From Polyangiales bacterium (GTDB lineage Bacteria; Myxococcota_A; Polyangia; Polyangiales; Polyangiaceae): DNA of 64,000 bases. Below the pieces are notes generated by a model. The model was given only the letters and a program-made list of their open reading frames with translations, was not told where the DNA came from and made no database searches. Location of the stretch: NCBI GenBank assembly GCA_038231275.1, contig JBBRLQ010000015.1, positions 128,001 through 192,000 of the forward strand, in the 5' to 3' direction. This document shows, piece by piece, positions 37,921 to 48,045 of this stretch; position 1 is the first letter of the stretch; each line of letters begins with the position of its first letter. The position numbers and the translations under genes were made by a program.

Positions 37921-38750
37921 CCCGCACCGCCAGCCGTACGGCCCTCCTCGTCGCGGCCTACCGCGCGCGTCACTCGGCGCGCGAAGGTGCAGTCGCGACC
38001 GATCCGTGGGCCGCTCGGCTCGCCGGCGACGACGGGGCGGCGCTCGCCGACGCGCAAGACGCGCTCTACCCGCACCTCGAGCTCTGGGTCGGCGTGCGCA
38101 CCGCGTACCTCGACGCGCACGTCGCGACCTGGACGTCGGCGCCGCATGATTTCCGGCAGATCGTGATCCTAGGCGCTGGGCTCGACATGCGCGCGTTTCG
38201 CCTCGCGAAGCCCGGCGTTCGCTTCTTCGAGGTCGATCACCCCGCGAGCCAGGCCGACAAGCTCGCGCGCCTCGATGCGATCGGCGCGCACCCGAACGAC
38301 AAGGCGTCGTACGTCGCGTGCGACTTCGAGACGCAGAGCTTCGCCGACCAGCTAGGCGCGGCCGGCTTCGATCGCAACGCGCCGGCGCTCGTCGTGTGGG
38401 AGGGCGTGACGCCGTACCTCCGCGAGCCCGCCATCCGAGCGACGCTCCGCGCGATAGCGACGCGCTGCCATCCGCGATCGATCGTCGTCTTCGATCACCT
38501 CTTGAAGCGCGTCGTGCAGCGGACGGAGAAGAAGGACGACACGCAGGCGTTCGTCGACGCCCTCGGCGAGGTGGTCGTGTGGGGAACCAACGATCCCGTC
38601 CCCATGCTCTTCGAAGAGGGATTCCGCCATGCGCGCAGCCTCGCGTTCGACGAGGCGTGCCTCACGCTGACGGGCACCTACGTGCGCGAGCGCGAGTTCC
38701 GTTTCCAGCGAATCGTGTGGGCGAGCGTCACGGCGCCCGGCCCGATCTGA
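37917..38750 (+). CDS. SAM-dependent methyltransferase, LCM family
   Basis: TALLVAAYRA, RTAYLD, QIVILGAGLDMR, FEVDHP and WEGVTPYL. Confidence 0.9.
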   Translation: MTRTASRTALLVAAYRARHSAREGAVATDPWAARLAGDDGAALADAQDALYPHLELWVGVRTAYLDAHVATWTSAPHDFRQIVILGAGLDMRAFRLAKPGVRFFEVDHPASQADKLARLDAIGAHPNDKASYVACDFETQSFADQLGAAGFDRNAPALVVWEGVTPYLREPAIRATLRAIATRCHPRSIVVFDHLLKRVVQRTEKKDDTQAFVDALGEVVVWGTNDPVPMLFEEGFRHARSLAFDEACLTLTGTYVREREFRFQRIVWASVTAPGPI

Positions 38751-38757
38751 CGCGGCT

Positions 38758-39846
38758 TCACGCGCCGAGCTCGCGTCGCACGATCTTCGCGCCGGCCACG
38801 AGCGCGCGGAGCTTCTGCACGGCGCACGGACGCGGGAGCTGCTTCATCCCGCAGTCGGTGGTCAACGTGACGCGCTCGGCGGGGACGACCTTCAGCACCT
38901 TCCGGATTCGCGCGGCGACTTGCTCGGGGTCCTCCACCTCGAGCGAGCGCACGTCGATGACGCCGGCAGCGACGGACTTGTCCTTCGGCATGTCGGCGAG
39001 GCACGCCACGTCGTCCATCTCGCGGCACGCGAAGTCGAGGACGTACTCGTCGACCGCCGCGTCCCAGTAGTGCGGGAGGATCTTCGCGTAGCCCCCCGCC
39101 GTCATGCCTTGCATCTTGTTGCCCCACGCGTTTCCCAGGCAAAAATGCCAGGACTTGCGCACGGTGACTCCGTCGAGCACCTCGCGAACGATGTCTTTCA
39201 TCCACGCGTAGTCCTTGTCGCCCGAGAGCGTCGGGATCCACGCGCCGAGATCTTCGAGCTGGACCATCTCGCATCCCGCCTCGACGAGCTCCTTGATCTC
39301 CGCGTTGAAGATCCCCGCGAGGGCGTGCGACAGCGCGTAGCGATCCTTGATGGGGCCGCTCTTGAAGTGCGCGAGCGTCGAGAGCTGCACCGGCCCCGCG
39401 CCGACGCACGCCTTGATGGGGCGCTCGGTGTTCTTCTGCGCCATCCGGTAGAGCGCCGCCATCCGGATCGGCCCGCGCGTGATCGGGCCTTCTACCGCGA
39501 CGCCGCCCGCCTCGTCGAGCGACCACTCGTCTCGCCCCTTCGCGCGCGACGCCGCGGGGTGCGGCAGCTTCTCCTTGCCGAAGCCGTGCACGCGCTCGAG
39601 CCAGTACCAGAGGAACGAGCCGATCCCCATCGCGTAGTCGTCGAACCACATCTGCCCGTCGGTGAGGACGTCGAGGCCCGCGAGCTCCTGATCGCGCAGC
39701 GTCGTGCGCACGGCGTCCTCGAACGCCTCCTTGTGCGGCGCCACCTTGAAGGCCTCGAGCACGTCGCGACCGGCGAGCTGCCAGGTGAACCACGCCGGAC
39801 GCGGGTACGAGCCGACCATGGTGGTGGGGAGGAGGGGCAGCTTCAT
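38758..39846 (-). CDS. Cobalamin-independent methionine synthase II family protein (catalytic domain only)
   Basis: TMVGSYPRP, QE.AGLDVLTDG, HFCLGN and DCGM Zn-ligand motifs. Confidence 0.85.
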   Translation of the reverse strand: MKLPLLPTTMVGSYPRPAWFTWQLAGRDVLEAFKVAPHKEAFEDAVRTTLRDQELAGLDVLTDGQMWFDDYAMGIGSFLWYWLERVHGFGKEKLPHPAASRAKGRDEWSLDEAGGVAVEGPITRGPIRMAALYRMAQKNTERPIKACVGAGPVQLSTLAHFKSGPIKDRYALSHALAGIFNAEIKELVEAGCEMVQLEDLGAWIPTLSGDKDYAWMKDIVREVLDGVTVRKSWHFCLGNAWGNKMQGMTAGGYAKILPHYWDAAVDEYVLDFACREMDDVACLADMPKDKSVAAGVIDVRSLEVEDPEQVAARIRKVLKVVPAERVTLTTDCGMKQLPRPCAVQKLRALVAGAKIVRRELGA

Positions 39847-39857
39847 GGGGAAGGATG

Positions 39858-40484
39858 CTACCCCTTGCGGGCGACGCCGCGCACCATCGTCCGAACGAGC
39901 GGAAACGCCTTCCGAGCGCTCTCCCGCGTCTCGCCCGCAACGTCGAAGCCGGCGGCGCGGATCGTCTCCGACGTTCGACGCGTCAGTCGGCAGCCGCCGG
40001 CGATGGAGGTCCACAGCGGCTCGATGCGCTCTTGCCAGCGGAGGCGGCCGGCGTCGTGATCGGCGGCGACGTGCTCGATGTAGACGAACGCGCCGCCCGG
40101 GACGAGGACGCGGCGGATCTCGGCGAGGGCATGCGCGGGCTCGGGCACCGTGCAAAGGACGAGGGTGCCGACGACGGCGTCGAACGATCCGTCGGGAAAC
40201 GGAAGCGCGTCGACCGAGGCGTCGCTCTCTTCGGCCAGGCCGCCAAGCTCGCGGTTCTTCTTCGTGAGCTTCGCGCGCATGTTCGCGTCGGGCTCGGTGA
40301 CGACGAGGCGCGTCAGCGTCCGCGGGTAAAACGGCAGGTTGACCCCGGTGCCCGCGCCGATCTCGAGCACCCGACCGCGCAGATCCCCGAGGAGCGCGCG
40401 CCGCCACGCCGACAAGCTCGCGCGCTCCATCGAGCCCATGAACGTGTCGTAAATCGTCGCCATGAACAGGGAGGAGAGGGACAC
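39858..40484 (-). CDS. Class I SAM-dependent methyltransferase (METTL7-like)
   Basis: VLEIGAGTGVNL, LVLCTV, IEHV and GGCRLTR. Confidence 0.88.
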   Translation of the reverse strand: MSLSSLFMATIYDTFMGSMERASLSAWRRALLGDLRGRVLEIGAGTGVNLPFYPRTLTRLVVTEPDANMRAKLTKKNRELGGLAEESDASVDALPFPDGSFDAVVGTLVLCTVPEPAHALAEIRRVLVPGGAFVYIEHVAADHDAGRLRWQERIEPLWTSIAGGCRLTRRTSETIRAAGFDVAGETRESARKAFPLVRTMVRGVARKG

Positions 40485-40543
40485 ACCGGTGGGATACCAG
40501 CTTCATGGGTTGACGGGGGGAGAGAGGGACCTAACTTGATAGG

Positions 40544-40897
40544 GTGAACGCCACCCTCGCAAAGGCCGCGCACGCCTCGATCAGCCCAGCGGCGGTCCCC
40601 GCCAGCCGCAAGAAGCTAGCCCTCGGGATCGCGGCGATCGCCGACCTGATCCAGATTGGCTACTTCCCCATCTTCGGCGAAGGAGCCCTCTCGCCGCCGG
40701 ATGACGTGCTCGATGTCGCGATCGCCGTCATTCTCGTGCTGGTGCTCGGCTTCCGATGGCGCCTCGCGATGGCGATGGCGATGGAGCTCGTCCCGGGCGC
40801 GACGCTGTTCCCGACGTGGACTGCTGTGGTCTTGACGCTGCCGACGCTGCCGGCCGCCGACGATGCGACGCGCGCGCGCTCGTCGCTCAACACGTAG
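40544..40897 (+). CDS. Hypothetical membrane protein
   Basis: Hydrophobic segments; ELVPG...FPTWT motif. Confidence 0.65.
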   Translation: MNATLAKAAHASISPAAVPASRKKLALGIAAIADLIQIGYFPIFGEGALSPPDDVLDVAIAVILVLVLGFRWRLAMAMAMELVPGATLFPTWTAVVLTLPTLPAADDATRARSSLNT

Positions 40898-41017
40898 GCG
40901 GCTCGTCTGCGCCACGTAGACGGCTCGTCTACGTGGCGACTTCAGGCGGCCCTGTCGCCGGGCGCGGCCACCACGCCTCGGTTGCCGGCGTGGTGGGTCG
41001 CGTCTCCTTGCGCCGTA

Positions 41018-42931
41018 TCAGGGCTTCTTGTTTTCCGGCGTCGGCGCCGCACCCTTGGGCACCGGAGCGGTCGCAGGCGGCGCGGTGACGGTGTCGCCGG
41101 CCTTGGTCTTCACGACCTCTTTCACGGTCGTCTCCTGCGTCTCGATGTGGAACTCGACGCGGCGGTTCGCGGCGCGACCCACGTCCGTGTCGTTCGGAAC
41201 GAGCGGACGCTCCTTCCCCATGCCGAGCGACTTGAGGCGCTCTTTGGCGACGCCGTGCCCCGTCAGCCAGGTGACGACGGCCTGAGCGCGCTGCTGCGAC
41301 AGCTTCTTGTTGTACGCGGAGTCGCCGACGTTGTCGGTGTGCCCCTCGACGCGAACCAGCTGAATCTCCGAGTGATCCGTCATCACCTTCGCGACCTCGG
41401 TCAGGAGAGAGTCGCTCTCGGGCTTGATGACGGACTTGTTGAAGTCGAACTTCGGCTGCTCGAGGATCTGGATGCGCGCGTTCTTGATGAAGACGCGCGG
41501 GCAGCCCGTCGTCTTGGGATCGTCGCTCTTGGGGCCCGGCTGATCGGGGCACGCGTCGACGTCGTTGAGGATCCCGTCCTTGTCGCGGTCCGTGTCAGGG
41601 CAGCCGTTGGTCTTGGGGTCGTCCGTGCGGATGCCGGGCACGTCGGGGCACGCGTCCTCCGAATCGATGATTCCATCCTTGTCGCGGTCGGGGGGACAAC
41701 CGTTCGTCTTCGGATCGTCGGTGCGAACACCTTTCACGTCCGGGCACGCGTCCTCGCTGTCGGGAATGCCGTCGCCGTCGCGATCGGGCGGCGGGGGAGG
41801 ACAGCCGTTGGTCTTCGGATCGTCGGTGCGAACGCCGGGGACGTCCGGGCACGCGTCGACATCGTCGGGGACGCCGTCATGATCGCGATCGGGCGGCGGC
41901 GGGGGGCAGCCGTTGGTCTTCGGATCGTTCGTGTGCTCGCCGGGCACGTCGGGGCACGCGTCCTCGTCGTCGGGCACGCCGTCCTTGTCGCGATCGGACT
42001 TCTCGGCGCCGGGCGCCCACTCGACGCCGGCGAGCGTCCGGAACACTGGCGCTCCGTACCCCTTGGTGATGAACGTGCCCGCGCCGGCGTTCAGGCGAAC
42101 GGTGTCGGCGACGTTGACGTGTGCGCCCAGCAGGATCTCGATCGGCGTGGCGCGCTCTTCGAACGCGTGCTCGTTCGAGATGACGGTTTGCCCGAAGACC
42201 TCCGGTCCGAGCAAGAACTTCTTGTCGAACATGCGGAAGCCGGCCGAGCCGCCGAACGTGACCGTGCTGCCGAGGCGCGTATCGAGGTAGTTCTCGTTGA
42301 GGTTGCGGTACTCGTAGCCGACGCGCGCGGCATACGCGAAGGCGCCGATGTCGCCGGCCGCGAGGAGGTGAGGCGCGAGCCTCCAGACTTCGTCGCCCGT
42401 GTACGAGTTGCGTTGACCGATCGGGGCGAACACCGAGGCGCCGGCCGCCATCGTGAAGGGGTCGCCGTATGTCCCGACGAGGCGCAGGTCCGCGCTCACG
42501 CGAAGATCCCCGACGCTCTGCTCGTTGGCCGGGGGCGGGTACGCCACTCCGCCCGCGAACGCCGTGTGCCCGTGCGCGAACATCTGAATCGGGAGCGACA
42601 GGCCAAGGCGAAGTCGGTCCGCAAAGACCATGCTGCCGCCGAGGTGCAGAATCGCTTGGTCGCGCACCACCGAGGACGTCACGACCCCTTCGCTATTGTA
42701 CGTTCCGATCACGGGACGGTACGCGTAGTCGGCGATGATGCCGATCGCCGGCCTCGCTTTTCCGCGGAGGTCCAGCGACTCGTTCGAGAACCAGTCGCTC
42801 CCGGTCTCGGACGGCTCGAACGAGCTCGCCTTGTAGCCCGTTTGCGTTTGCGCATGTGCGGAAGAAGCGGAAGAAGAAGCGGCGCAGAGAGCGGCGCAAC
42901 CGGTCAGACTCGCGATCCATCGATTCTTCAT
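41018..42931 (-). CDS. Outer-membrane protein with thrombospondin type 3 repeats and OmpA domain
   Basis: Signal peptide, beta-barrel-like region, five DRDxDGxxDxxDACP repeats, EGHTD, LSQQRA and NRRVEF. Confidence 0.92.
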   Translation of the reverse strand: MKNRWIASLTGCAALCAASSSASSAHAQTQTGYKASSFEPSETGSDWFSNESLDLRGKARPAIGIIADYAYRPVIGTYNSEGVVTSSVVRDQAILHLGGSMVFADRLRLGLSLPIQMFAHGHTAFAGGVAYPPPANEQSVGDLRVSADLRLVGTYGDPFTMAAGASVFAPIGQRNSYTGDEVWRLAPHLLAAGDIGAFAYAARVGYEYRNLNENYLDTRLGSTVTFGGSAGFRMFDKKFLLGPEVFGQTVISNEHAFEERATPIEILLGAHVNVADTVRLNAGAGTFITKGYGAPVFRTLAGVEWAPGAEKSDRDKDGVPDDEDACPDVPGEHTNDPKTNGCPPPPPDRDHDGVPDDVDACPDVPGVRTDDPKTNGCPPPPPDRDGDGIPDSEDACPDVKGVRTDDPKTNGCPPDRDKDGIIDSEDACPDVPGIRTDDPKTNGCPDTDRDKDGILNDVDACPDQPGPKSDDPKTTGCPRVFIKNARIQILEQPKFDFNKSVIKPESDSLLTEVAKVMTDHSEIQLVRVEGHTDNVGDSAYNKKLSQQRAQAVVTWLTGHGVAKERLKSLGMGKERPLVPNDTDVGRAANRRVEFHIETQETTVKEVVKTKAGDTVTAPPATAPVPKGAAPTPENKKP

Positions 42932-43260
42932 TTTTAAGTCCTGGCAAGAGGTGGGTCAGCGTGGAGAGCGCGCGGGGAGCTAGCGTTTTGGGTCAGCACA
43001 AGTCGCGCCATCACGATCCGGCTGTTTTTCCGAGGATTCCTTCAAGCGCGTGGCAGCAGAAACGACACACTGACGCGGAGCACCACAGCGAACGGCCCGA
43101 CGCGCGTAGGCCTCGTCGCGCCATGGGGCCTCCGTCGGCGAGGGAGGCGTCGATGCGCGGAGGCGTTCGTTGCGGGGAGGCCTGGCGGAGGCTATGCCAG
43201 GGTGGCTGAAGCGGAGAACCGTCCGCTGGACCAGCCAGACAAGCTAGAGCCGCCGCCGAG

Positions 43261-44535
43261 ATGACCACGAGCATGGATGAACAAGGCCCGCCGTCGGGGA
43301 CCGTCATCGACGGCATCTACCGGGTAAAGCACCGCCTCGGCCACGGCGGCATGGGCGTCGTCGTGCTCGCCCACGACGAGGTTCTCGATCGGGACGTGGC
43401 CATCAAGCTCATTCGTCGCGAGTTGCTCGGCGAGCGCGGCCTGCGTGAGCGATTCCTGACCGAGGCGCGCGCGATGGCGCGTGTGCAGCACCCGAACGTG
43501 GTCCAGATCTACGCGTTCGGCGAATACGAGGACTCGCCGTACTTCGTGCTCCAGCTGGTTCGCGGCACGACAGTGGAGGGCTGGCTTTCTTCGCGAGCCG
43601 CAGGCACGTTGCCGGATCTCGACGCGGCCCTCGCGATCCTCGATCAGACGTGCTTGGGCGTCGAAGCGCTCCACGCCGCCGACACCGTTCACCGGGACCT
43701 GAAGCCGAGCAACCTTCTGCTTGGCGAACACCTCACCGTCCACGTCGCCGACATGGGCGTCGCCGACATCCTCCGCCGCACCGCCGGCGAGGGGAGTCAG
43801 GACATCGTCGGGACGCCGGAGTACATGGCGCCGGAGACGGTCCTGCAGTCGGAGGTCGCCCCCGAGCTGGCACACCGCGCCGACGTCTACTCGCTTGGAT
43901 GCCTGACCTTCGAGCTTCTCACGGGGCGCGGACCGTTCCAGGCGAACGGACACCTCGGGCGCATGATGGCGCACGTCACGCAGTCGCCGCCGCGCATCGG
44001 CGAGCTTCGCCCGGAGCTCGGTGACTTTTTCAACGAGGCCGTGAGTCAGGCGCTCGAGAAGGACCCCGCGAACCGCACGCCGAGCGCGGAAGCCTTCCGC
44101 CGCGCCATCGCCGCCGCGAGGGGCGGGACGCGCGAGCCGGTCTCCATTCTGATCGCCGACGACGACGAGGACTTCCGCTCGCTTCTTTCCCTCACGCTGT
44201 CCCGCGAGTTTCCGGGCGCGCGCATCGAGTGTGTCGGCGATGGCGGCGCGGCGCTCGCGGCGTTCGACATGCGCCGACCGTCCCTCGTGATCATCGATCT
44301 CCAAATGCCGAGCCTCGACGGCATCGAGCTCACGGGCCTCGTGCGCGCGCGATCGGGCGCCGACGGCGTACCCATCGTCGTCATCAGCGGCTCGGGCGGA
44401 CCGGCGGAGTGGAAGCGCCTGTCCGCGATGGGTGCGGACGGGTTCCTCTTGAAGCCTGTGAACGTTAAAGACGTCGTGACGCTGGCGCGGCGTGCGCTCG
44501 CCGAACGAACGAGCTCGCCGCCGCGCGCGCGTTGA
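43261..44535 (+). CDS. Ser/Thr protein kinase with C-terminal receiver domain
   Basis: LGHGGMG, VAIK, HRDLKPSN and GTPEYMAPE; REC motifs ILIADDD, IDLQMP and LLKP. Confidence 0.92.
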   Translation: MTTSMDEQGPPSGTVIDGIYRVKHRLGHGGMGVVVLAHDEVLDRDVAIKLIRRELLGERGLRERFLTEARAMARVQHPNVVQIYAFGEYEDSPYFVLQLVRGTTVEGWLSSRAAGTLPDLDAALAILDQTCLGVEALHAADTVHRDLKPSNLLLGEHLTVHVADMGVADILRRTAGEGSQDIVGTPEYMAPETVLQSEVAPELAHRADVYSLGCLTFELLTGRGPFQANGHLGRMMAHVTQSPPRIGELRPELGDFFNEAVSQALEKDPANRTPSAEAFRRAIAAARGGTREPVSILIADDDEDFRSLLSLTLSREFPGARIECVGDGGAALAAFDMRRPSLVIIDLQMPSLDGIELTGLVRARSGADGVPIVVISGSGGPAEWKRLSAMGADGFLLKPVNVKDVVTLARRALAERTSSPPRAR

Positions 44536-44584
44536 CGTCGCCGCGTTCGGGAAGCACCCCAACTAGGGTGCCCGCCGCAGAAGA

Positions 44585-45124
44585 TCAGCCGCGCGCGCGC
44601 CCCTCCCTGAGCCAGTAGGTCACCGCCGCGACCGCGCCGCCGCCCGCCGCGAGCCACAGGAGCGCGTCGTACGTCGGCGCGCGGAACAGCACCGCAGTGA
44701 CGGCGACGAACTGGAGCAGCGTGGCAAGCTTGCCCGGCACGTTCGCCTTCCGGTCGGTGCTCGCGCTCCGCGCCGCGTGGCTGAGCGCGAGGCGCACGAC
44801 CAGCGGAAATTCCCCCATTTCGCGCGTCCCGAGGAGGAGCGACTCGAGCACCGTCATGTGGTGCGTGACGACGAGCGTGACGACGACGGCGAGCACGAAG
44901 ACCTTGTCGGTGATCGCGTCGACGACCGCGCCGGTGGCCGTGGTCTGACCGCGGGTGCGCGCGTACCAGCCGTCGAGCACGTCGGTGATCCCCGCGAGCG
45001 CGAGCACACCGAACGCGACAATCGGCCGACCAAGGACGAGTGGAAAGATCGCGGCGAGCGGGACGCGCGCGAGGCTCAAGAGCCCAGGGACGAGGAAGAG
45101 ATCCCTTGCCCGATACTCCCCCAT
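44585..45124 (-). CDS. CDP-alcohol phosphatidyltransferase
   Basis: TDVLDGWYAR...GAVVDAITDK motif. Confidence 0.9.
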   Translation of the reverse strand: MGEYRARDLFLVPGLLSLARVPLAAIFPLVLGRPIVAFGVLALAGITDVLDGWYARTRGQTTATGAVVDAITDKVFVLAVVVTLVVTHHMTVLESLLLGTREMGEFPLVVRLALSHAARSASTDRKANVPGKLATLLQFVAVTAVLFRAPTYDALLWLAAGGGAVAAVTYWLREGRARG

Positions 45125-45139
45125 CGCGGCCGGATGTCG

Positions 45140-45523
45140 CTACGGCGCAGCGACGGTGCAGTACGCGGTGAGCGGCGGGTCTTCCTTCGGCTTCAGGAGG
45201 AGCCCGTATTTCTCGAAGTAGAGCGCGATCGGCGTCGAGGTGTCGTCGACGAGGATGCACGCGTGCTCGGGGACCGAGTACCACCCGGTGTCGGCCGGCT
45301 CCTTCGACTTCTTCACGCACTTGGCGGTCGGCGGAACGGTCGCCAGCATGCCCGGCTCGAAGAAATTCTTCGGGGACGGCCCGATCTGGTGGAACGCCGC
45401 GGTGGAACCGCCGAACTTCTTCGCGGCCCACTCGCTGTGCTTCAGCGCCTCCGCCTGGGTGTAGCAAATGCTCCGGTAGACGACCCCGAGCGGGGTCATG
45501 ATCGGTCGGGAGAGTTCGCCCAT
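45140..45523 (-). CDS. Hypothetical protein
   Basis: Protein-like ORF with host-like codon bias (MGELSRPIMTPLG...). Confidence 0.6.
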   Translation of the reverse strand: MGELSRPIMTPLGVVYRSICYTQAEALKHSEWAAKKFGGSTAAFHQIGPSPKNFFEPGMLATVPPTAKCVKKSKEPADTGWYSVPEHACILVDDTSTPIALYFEKYGLLLKPKEDPPLTAYCTVAAP

Positions 45524-45707
45524 GCCGCGAGGGTACCACGGGCCAAGCGCACGGGAAAAACCCGCGATTGGGGGCCCGCAAACTTTCGCGGCACGGTCGA
45601 GATCTTTTCCCCGACAGGCGCGTCTAGAAGGGCACGGTTCGCGAGAGCGCGCGGCGCTTGGCGCCCCTCTCGAGACCGCCACCGCCCCCAAAGCCTGGAG
45701 AATCCCG

Positions 45708-47381
45708 ATGCGTACGAGGACCCGTCTCGCGCTTTCCGCCTCCCCTTGCCTCTCTGCGAGCCTCCTCGCCTGCGTGCTCGCCGTGACGGGCTGCAGAACG
45801 GCGTCGACGTCCGTGTCGAACACCGAGGCGAAGCCGACAGCCGCCGTGGGCACGCCGACGACGAGCCCCGCGACGGTCGACGTCCCTGCGCAAGGCGCGA
45901 AGGCTGGAGGTCCGAAGGCCGACGACGTGGCGCGCGATCCGGCGCCGATCGCTGCCGCGACCACGACCGCTGCGGCGTCCGCCGTCGCCGCGGTCCCGGC
46001 CGTCCCGCCGCCCCCGCCTGCCGTGATGACGCCGCCGAGCAAGCCCGCGAGCGCGCCCGAGCCACTCGCCGACGGTCGACGCCGTCCGCCCGGCGGCACC
46101 GCGGGCGATGGCCTCGCGCACGCGGGCGCCATGCCGGCGCCGACGACCGCTCCCCCGGCGCGCGCACGCGGTGACATGGACAAGGCCGACCCGTGGGCGG
46201 GTGCCGATCACGAGAAGGAAGCCTCCCTTGGAATGGCGACTCCGCCCGCGCCGAGCCTCGCGAACTTCTCCGGCGTGAAGGCCGGCGAGTGGGATGACAA
46301 CGCGAACTACCGCGATTTCCAAAAATTTCTCGGCTCGCAGCAGGTCACCTTCCACCCCGTCGATCTGCGCTTCCGCCGCTTCCTCGTCGTGCGCGACGCG
46401 CAGGGCAAGCCGGTCCCGCGCTGCCGCGTCCGCGTGAACGACGATTCGCAGCACGAGGCGAGCTTCCTCACGACCGCGGGCGGCCACGCGGTCCTCTTCC
46501 CGAAGGGTGAGGGCCTGACCGGCGCGAAGTTCGTCGCCACGGCGGCGTGCGCCGACGGCACCGCGACCAGCCAGTTCGCCCTCACCGACGACACCGACGG
46601 CCTCGTCGATCTGCACCTCACGAAGGAGCGCCTGCCGATCCAGACGCGCACCGTCGACCTCGCGTTCATCCTCGACACGACGGGCTCCATGAGCGAGGAG
46701 ATCGCCGCCGTCACGCAGACGATCCAAAAGGTCGCCCAGCAGCTCCAGACGAGCGAGACGCGCGTGCGCATCGGCCTCGTCGAATACAAGGACCGCACCG
46801 ATCCGTTCGTCACCAAGGTCTACCCCTTCTCGACCGATCTCCAGGGCTTCGCCGCGAAGGTCTCGAAGATCCAGGCGAGCGGCGGCGGCGACACGCCGGA
46901 GGACATGAACGCCGGCGTCCACACCGCGGTCACGCAGCTCCAGTGGAGCGACGAGTCGGTCGCGCGGATGGCCTTCGTCATCGCCGACGCGCCGCCGCAC
47001 CTCGACTACCAGGACGGCCCCGACTACGCGAAGGACATGAAGACCGCGTCGCACCGCGGCATCCAGCTCTTCACCGTGTCGGCGAGCGGCATGGACCAGC
47101 AGGGCCAGATCGTCATGCGCCAGATGGCGCAGTACACCGGCGCGACGAACATGTTCGTCCTCCGCGGCGGCGCGGGCCCGCAGTCGACGGGCGGCGGCGA
47201 CCCCGGCTCCAGTTGCGGCGGCACGCACCAGAACTACGCGAGCGGCAACCTCCACGAGCTCATCACGTCGAAGATCAAGCACGAGCTCAAGTCGGTCGAC
47301 GGCGACCCGATGCGCATCGCGGGTCTCCACACCGACGAGAACGCGAAGCCCTGCGAGCAGCGCATCGTCTGGCTCGATTAG
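45708..47381 (+). CDS. VWA-domain lipoprotein
   Basis: Lipobox VTGC, Pro/Ala linker, MIDAS DTTGSM, GGGDTPED and ADAPPH. Confidence 0.88.
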   Translation: MRTRTRLALSASPCLSASLLACVLAVTGCRTASTSVSNTEAKPTAAVGTPTTSPATVDVPAQGAKAGGPKADDVARDPAPIAAATTTAAASAVAAVPAVPPPPPAVMTPPSKPASAPEPLADGRRRPPGGTAGDGLAHAGAMPAPTTAPPARARGDMDKADPWAGADHEKEASLGMATPPAPSLANFSGVKAGEWDDNANYRDFQKFLGSQQVTFHPVDLRFRRFLVVRDAQGKPVPRCRVRVNDDSQHEASFLTTAGGHAVLFPKGEGLTGAKFVATAACADGTATSQFALTDDTDGLVDLHLTKERLPIQTRTVDLAFILDTTGSMSEEIAAVTQTIQKVAQQLQTSETRVRIGLVEYKDRTDPFVTKVYPFSTDLQGFAAKVSKIQASGGGDTPEDMNAGVHTAVTQLQWSDESVARMAFVIADAPPHLDYQDGPDYAKDMKTASHRGIQLFTVSASGMDQQGQIVMRQMAQYTGATNMFVLRGGAGPQSTGGGDPGSSCGGTHQNYASGNLHELITSKIKHELKSVDGDPMRIAGLHTDENAKPCEQRIVWLD

Positions 47382-47394
47382 GTTTGCCTCTGCT

Positions 47395-48045
47395 CTAAAG
47401 GCGGTACCCCAGCCCCAGCGTGACGCGCAGGAGTTGCTGAGGGCGGACCCAGTCCGCCTCCGGGCGCAGCGCGATGAAGAGGGCCTGGCGCGGCGTCGGT
47501 CGCACGAGATCGACGCTAGCCCACCCGTGGATGCCGACGCCGCCCCGCGTGATCGACGAGTCCTCCGAGATGCGTGGAATTTGCATATAAACGAAGCCGC
47601 CGCCGAGGCCGAGGTGAACGGGGCGGAGGGCGGCGGTGATGGTGACGTCGAGCGTGGACTCGTAGAGGCCGAGGCCGTTGGACGTCCGCGCTTGACCGTA
47701 CGAGAGGCCGACGTAGACCTCGACGCCGCGACGGGCCTCGCCGCCGACCGCGACGGCCCCGCTCCAGCCGGTGAACGAGAGGTTCAGGAGACGCGACGCG
47801 CCCGCCGACCCGACCGCGCGGACACCGATGCCGTCCTCACCACGCGTCGCCGTCGTGGGAGCGGGCGGAGGAGGAGGCGGCTCGACGGGTCGGGCGGACG
47901 CCGTCGGAGGCGTGGGCTCGGGCTCGGGCTCGGCGAACCCGGGGCCGATACCGCCGGCCTCTTGCGCTTCGGCGACGCGCGAGGTGAGGACGACCGCTGC
48001 GACGAGGCTCGCGACGAGACCCATGACGAAGGCCGCGGGCCTCAC
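47395..48045 (-). CDS. Secreted or outer-membrane beta-strand protein
   Basis: Signal peptide (AEA/Q), Pro linker, alternating beta pattern, C-terminal LGLGYRL. Confidence 0.6.
   Translation of the reverse strand: MRPAAFVMGLVASLVAAVVLTSRVAEAQEAGGIGPGFAEPEPEPTPPTASARPVEPPPPPPAPTTATRGEDGIGVRAVGSAGASRLLNLSFTGWSGAVAVGGEARRGVEVYVGLSYGQARTSNGLGLYESTLDVTITAALRPVHLGLGGGFVYMQIPRISEDSSITRGGVGIHGWASVDLVRPTPRQALFIALRPEADWVRPQQLLRVTLGLGYRL

Noticed and set aside
38758..39846. Calling this gene metE
   Set aside because: Only the catalytic half is present and the family includes non-methionine-synthase enzymes, so no symbol was assigned.
41540..42000. Repeated ~80-90 bp units with variable intervals
   Set aside because: These are coding thrombospondin type 3 repeats of the OmpA protein.
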